Shown here in pieces: positions 46,093 to 49,064 of a DNA stretch of 49,064 nucleotides. The notes beneath the pieces are model-generated. The model saw nothing but the letters and a program-made list of their open reading frames with translations, was not told where the DNA came from and did not search any database. The translations under genes were made by a program, and so were the position numbers. Within the stretch, counting starts at the first letter, position 1, and each line of letters opens with the position of its first letter. Source of the DNA: Spirochaetales bacterium (GTDB taxonomy: Bacteria > Spirochaetota > Spirochaetia > Treponematales > UBA12059); assembly GCA_016928955.1 (NCBI GenBank), contig JAFGJV010000043.1, forward strand, positions 1 through 49,064, written 5' to 3'.

Positions 46093-48954
46093 ATGAAATT
46101 TATGCGACGAACCACCCTGGCCGCCGTCACCCTGGCGCTGGCCGTTGCCTTCCTGGGCCTGTCCTGCGTCGGAACCCCGCGGGCCGCCGTCACCGGCCTG
46201 CCCGGCGGCTCATCCTACGAGCTGGACGACCCCCTTCCCCTGGCCCCCGAACTGATCAAGGGGACGCTGGACAACGGACTGACCTATTACGTCAGGGCCA
46301 ACGGCAATCCCGGCGGCCGGGTAACCATGTACCTGGTGGTGGCCGGCGGCTCGTCCGAGCAGACCGACGACGAGTCGGGCTATGCCCACTTTGTGGAACA
46401 CATGGCCTTCAACGGCACGGCCAGTTTCCCGGAAAACGAGCTGGTCAGCTACCTGCGCTCCATAGGCATGGAATTCGGGGCTGAGGTCAACGCGTACACG
46501 GCCCTTGAGGAAACCCTGTACAGCCTGGAAATGCCCACGGACGACCCCGCCCATTTCGACACGGGACTCAAGGTGCTCAGGGAATGGGCCACGGCCATAA
46601 GTTTTGATCCCGTTGAGGTTGAGAAGGAAAAGGGCGTCATCCTGGAAGAGATGCGCCTGGGCCTGGGTCCCGAGGACGCCGCCCGCAAGGCCGAGTTGCC
46701 CGTCCTCTTGGCCGGCTCCCGCCAGGCCACGCGCGAGCCCATAGGCACCGAAGCGTCCGTCCGGGCGGCCACCGCGGAAGGGCTCAAGGCTTTTTACGAG
46801 CGCACGTACCGGCCCGAGCGCATGGCCGTCATGATCGTGGGCGACGTGATGCCCGCGGACGCCAGGGCTGCCATCGAGCGGGAATTCTCCTTCCCGTCGC
46901 GTGACGGCAAGACGCTCCCCCGCCCCCTGCATCCGGTAACGCCCACAAGCGACCTGAGCTTTGTGGCAAGTTTCCATCCCGACTTCGACACCTCGGTCGT
47001 CTTCTACGAAAAAATCGTCCAGCTGCATCCAGACAGGACCGTGGGCGAGTACATAGACTGGCTCACCAAGCGCATAGCCGCCGAGGCGGTCCGCCTGCGC
47101 CTTTCAGACCTGACGCGGGCCGGCGGCAAAGCCTGGAACGACGCGTATTTTGACAACGACTATTTCTACGGCTACACGCGGCTCTTTGCCTTTTCCCTGT
47201 CGGCGGCTCCGGGCAAGGAGCTGGCCGCCTTCTCCGACCTGGCCACCGAGGTAGAGCGCATCCGCCGCCACGGCTTCACGGACAGCGAGTTCAAGCGCAC
47301 GATGGATACCTACCGCCGATGGCTGTCCAGCTTGACCCCGGAGGACCAGGACATCAAGAGCTGGACCTTTGCGGACGAGTACGTGCGCAATTTCATGTAC
47401 GACGAGCCGGTGCCCGGCATCGTCAACGAGCGGGTGTACATACGCGACACCCTGGACGCCTTGACCATAGATGACCTGAACGACGCGGCGCGTTTCATCC
47501 TGGCGGAGGACGAAGGTTTTGTGGCCGTCCGCGCCAAGGCCCAGGCTGCCGACGGCTCTATCCGGGAAGAAAATTTCGAAGCCGTGCTGGAAGCGGCGCG
47601 GGCCAGCCAGCTAGAGGCCCTGGTGTCGTCCGAAACGTCGGGAGGCGGTCTCTTTGACGGCGAGCCCGAGGGCGGGTCCATCGTGTCCGAGAGCCAGCTC
47701 CCCAACAACGTGACCAGGCTCGAGCTGTCCAACGGAGCCCAGGTGCTCCTTAAGCCCACGAGCTACGACAACAATTCCATCAGTTTTGCCGCCTGGTCCC
47801 TGGGCGGCTACTCGGCCCTGCCCCTGGGCGACTATTACGCGGCCGTATTCGGTCCTACCCTGCTGGGCGCCGCCGGACTTGGCCCCATGGACGCCCTGCG
47901 CCTGGAGGAGGAGACGGCCCTGTCCGAGGTCGGCCTTGCCTGGAGCATAGGGGAAAACGGCGAGAGCATGTCGGGCAAATCGTCCACGGCCGACCTGAAA
48001 ACCCTGCTCAGGCTGGCATACCTGACCGCCGCCGAGCCCGGCCAGGACGTATCCGCCTTCAACCAGTTGCGGGACCGCCTGGCCGCCCAGGTGGGGCCCT
48101 ACGCCCAAGACCCGACCTACCGTTTTGAGACCGCCTGGAGCGCCCACCTGTTCGGGGACAATCCCCGGACCGCGCCCCTCAGCGCGGCCGACATCAAGGC
48201 GCTGACCCTGGATCAGGTAGCCGAGGTGGCCAGGGGCGCCCTGGCGGCCGCATCCGACTTTACCTACGTGCTGGTAGGCGACTTCTCCCTGGACGAGGCC
48301 AAGGCTCTTTCCGCCCGGTACCTGGGTGCCATACCGGCCGGTTCGTCCAACGCCACGGGCTGGGTCTCACCGCTCAAGCCGCGTTCTGAGGGAGCCGCCA
48401 GGCAGGATTACGCCTACGGCAAGGAAGACCGCGCCACCGTCAAGATGATATGGGCAGCTGAAACGCCCTGGACCTGGGAACGCGAAACGTCCATGGAGCT
48501 TCTGTCCGCGGCGCTGAACAACCGCCTGCTGGACGCCATCCGCGAGGATCTTGGCGGCACGTACGTGGTGTCCGTGCAGGGAGCCTTTGCCCACATCCCC
48601 GTTCCCCAGTACGCGCTTATTGTATCCTTTGATTGCGACCCTGACCGGGTGGACGAGCTGGTGGCGGAAGTCCAGGCGGAGATCGCCGCCTTTGCCGCCG
48701 GCGCCACTGATCCCAAATACATCCAGCAGATCCAGGCGGCCGCTCAGCGCGAATACGACGGCACCCTGCGCACCAACCAGTTCTGGGTACGCAACCTGGC
48801 GTCCGCGGTGGCCAACAAGCTGGACTTCGAGATCCTTGGCCGGGCCAGGCGCAAGATGGAGCTTGCGGACGCATCCAACCTGGTTGCCCTTGCTGGGGAG
48901 CTCCTCGACCCGTCCCGCTCCTTTGTGTACGTGCTCTTGCCGGAAGCCCGCTGA
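46093..48954 (+). CDS. M16 zinc metallopeptidase (PqqL-like), probable lipoprotein
   Basis: GYAHFVEHMAFNGT (HxxEH), NAYT, EKGVILEE; lipobox-like LGLSC. Confidence 0.9.
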   Translation: MKFMRRTTLAAVTLALAVAFLGLSCVGTPRAAVTGLPGGSSYELDDPLPLAPELIKGTLDNGLTYYVRANGNPGGRVTMYLVVAGGSSEQTDDESGYAHFVEHMAFNGTASFPENELVSYLRSIGMEFGAEVNAYTALEETLYSLEMPTDDPAHFDTGLKVLREWATAISFDPVEVEKEKGVILEEMRLGLGPEDAARKAELPVLLAGSRQATREPIGTEASVRAATAEGLKAFYERTYRPERMAVMIVGDVMPADARAAIEREFSFPSRDGKTLPRPLHPVTPTSDLSFVASFHPDFDTSVVFYEKIVQLHPDRTVGEYIDWLTKRIAAEAVRLRLSDLTRAGGKAWNDAYFDNDYFYGYTRLFAFSLSAAPGKELAAFSDLATEVERIRRHGFTDSEFKRTMDTYRRWLSSLTPEDQDIKSWTFADEYVRNFMYDEPVPGIVNERVYIRDTLDALTIDDLNDAARFILAEDEGFVAVRAKAQAADGSIREENFEAVLEAARASQLEALVSSETSGGGLFDGEPEGGSIVSESQLPNNVTRLELSNGAQVLLKPTSYDNNSISFAAWSLGGYSALPLGDYYAAVFGPTLLGAAGLGPMDALRLEEETALSEVGLAWSIGENGESMSGKSSTADLKTLLRLAYLTAAEPGQDVSAFNQLRDRLAAQVGPYAQDPTYRFETAWSAHLFGDNPRTAPLSAADIKALTLDQVAEVARGALAAASDFTYVLVGDFSLDEAKALSARYLGAIPAGSSNATGWVSPLKPRSEGAARQDYAYGKEDRATVKMIWAAETPWTWERETSMELLSAALNNRLLDAIREDLGGTYVVSVQGAFAHIPVPQYALIVSFDCDPDRVDELVAEVQAEIAAFAAGATDPKYIQQIQAAAQREYDGTLRTNQFWVRNLASAVANKLDFEILGRARRKMELADASNLVALAGELLDPSRSFVYVLLPEAR

Positions 48955-48977
48955 GTACCGTAGCCAGAAAAATAATA

Positions 48978-49064
48978 GGGAACCTCTAAAAACCTCATGG
49001 TTATTAGAGGTTCCCTGCGTTTTCGGCCGAAAACGCTCGGTTTTTTAAGGTAACCCTCTAAAAA
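48978..49064. mobile_element. Composite miniature element, copy 5 (cut by window end)
   Basis: Matches the reverse complement of 32254-32361 with few substitutions, including the 20-bp central palindrome (49017-49036). Confidence 0.8.

Noticed and set aside
1004..49064. Palindromic 36-bp repeats as a CRISPR array
   Set aside because: Copies are kilobases apart, have no regular spacers, and no cas genes are present.

Overview
GC-rich bacterial chromosome segment with about 42 protein-coding genes. It is probably from a free-living or anaerobic spirochaete; this is inferred from the GHTA-type OmpA protein, MCP and lipoprotein styles, not proven. No rRNA, tRNA, CRISPR array, integrase or transposase was recognised. 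Gene content, in order: a cyclase / CoA-transferase / amidase cluster; NUDIX, PIN and TrmH genes; the yjjI-yjjW glycyl-radical pair; a galactoside operon headed by a single-ORF GalT-GalK fusion; pyk; an OmpA-domain protein; nadC-nadA-nadB; an ArsR/SmtB regulator with a Zn/Cd P1B ATPase; an MCP; a two-lipoprotein cassette; an orphan radical SAM gene; Rrf2-ferredoxin-hcp; GNAT; nudC; ttcA; a Spy-like/ECF sigma/anti-sigma trio; SPFH-RHH-ABC exporter; ygiQ; an M16 peptidase. Most notable observations: (1) five copies of a palindromic miniature element, with compensatory changes, apparent target-site duplications, a composite three-hairpin form, and one copy supplying a stop codon; (2) a partly low-GC two-lipoprotein cassette bounded by a perfect 16-bp direct repeat that overlaps the predicted promoter of the neighbouring radical SAM gene; (3) the GalT-GalK fusion; (4) five genes with leaderless promoter architecture; (5) candidate operators for the Rrf2 and RHH regulators. 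All calls come from reading the sequence and recognising motifs; no searches were run.
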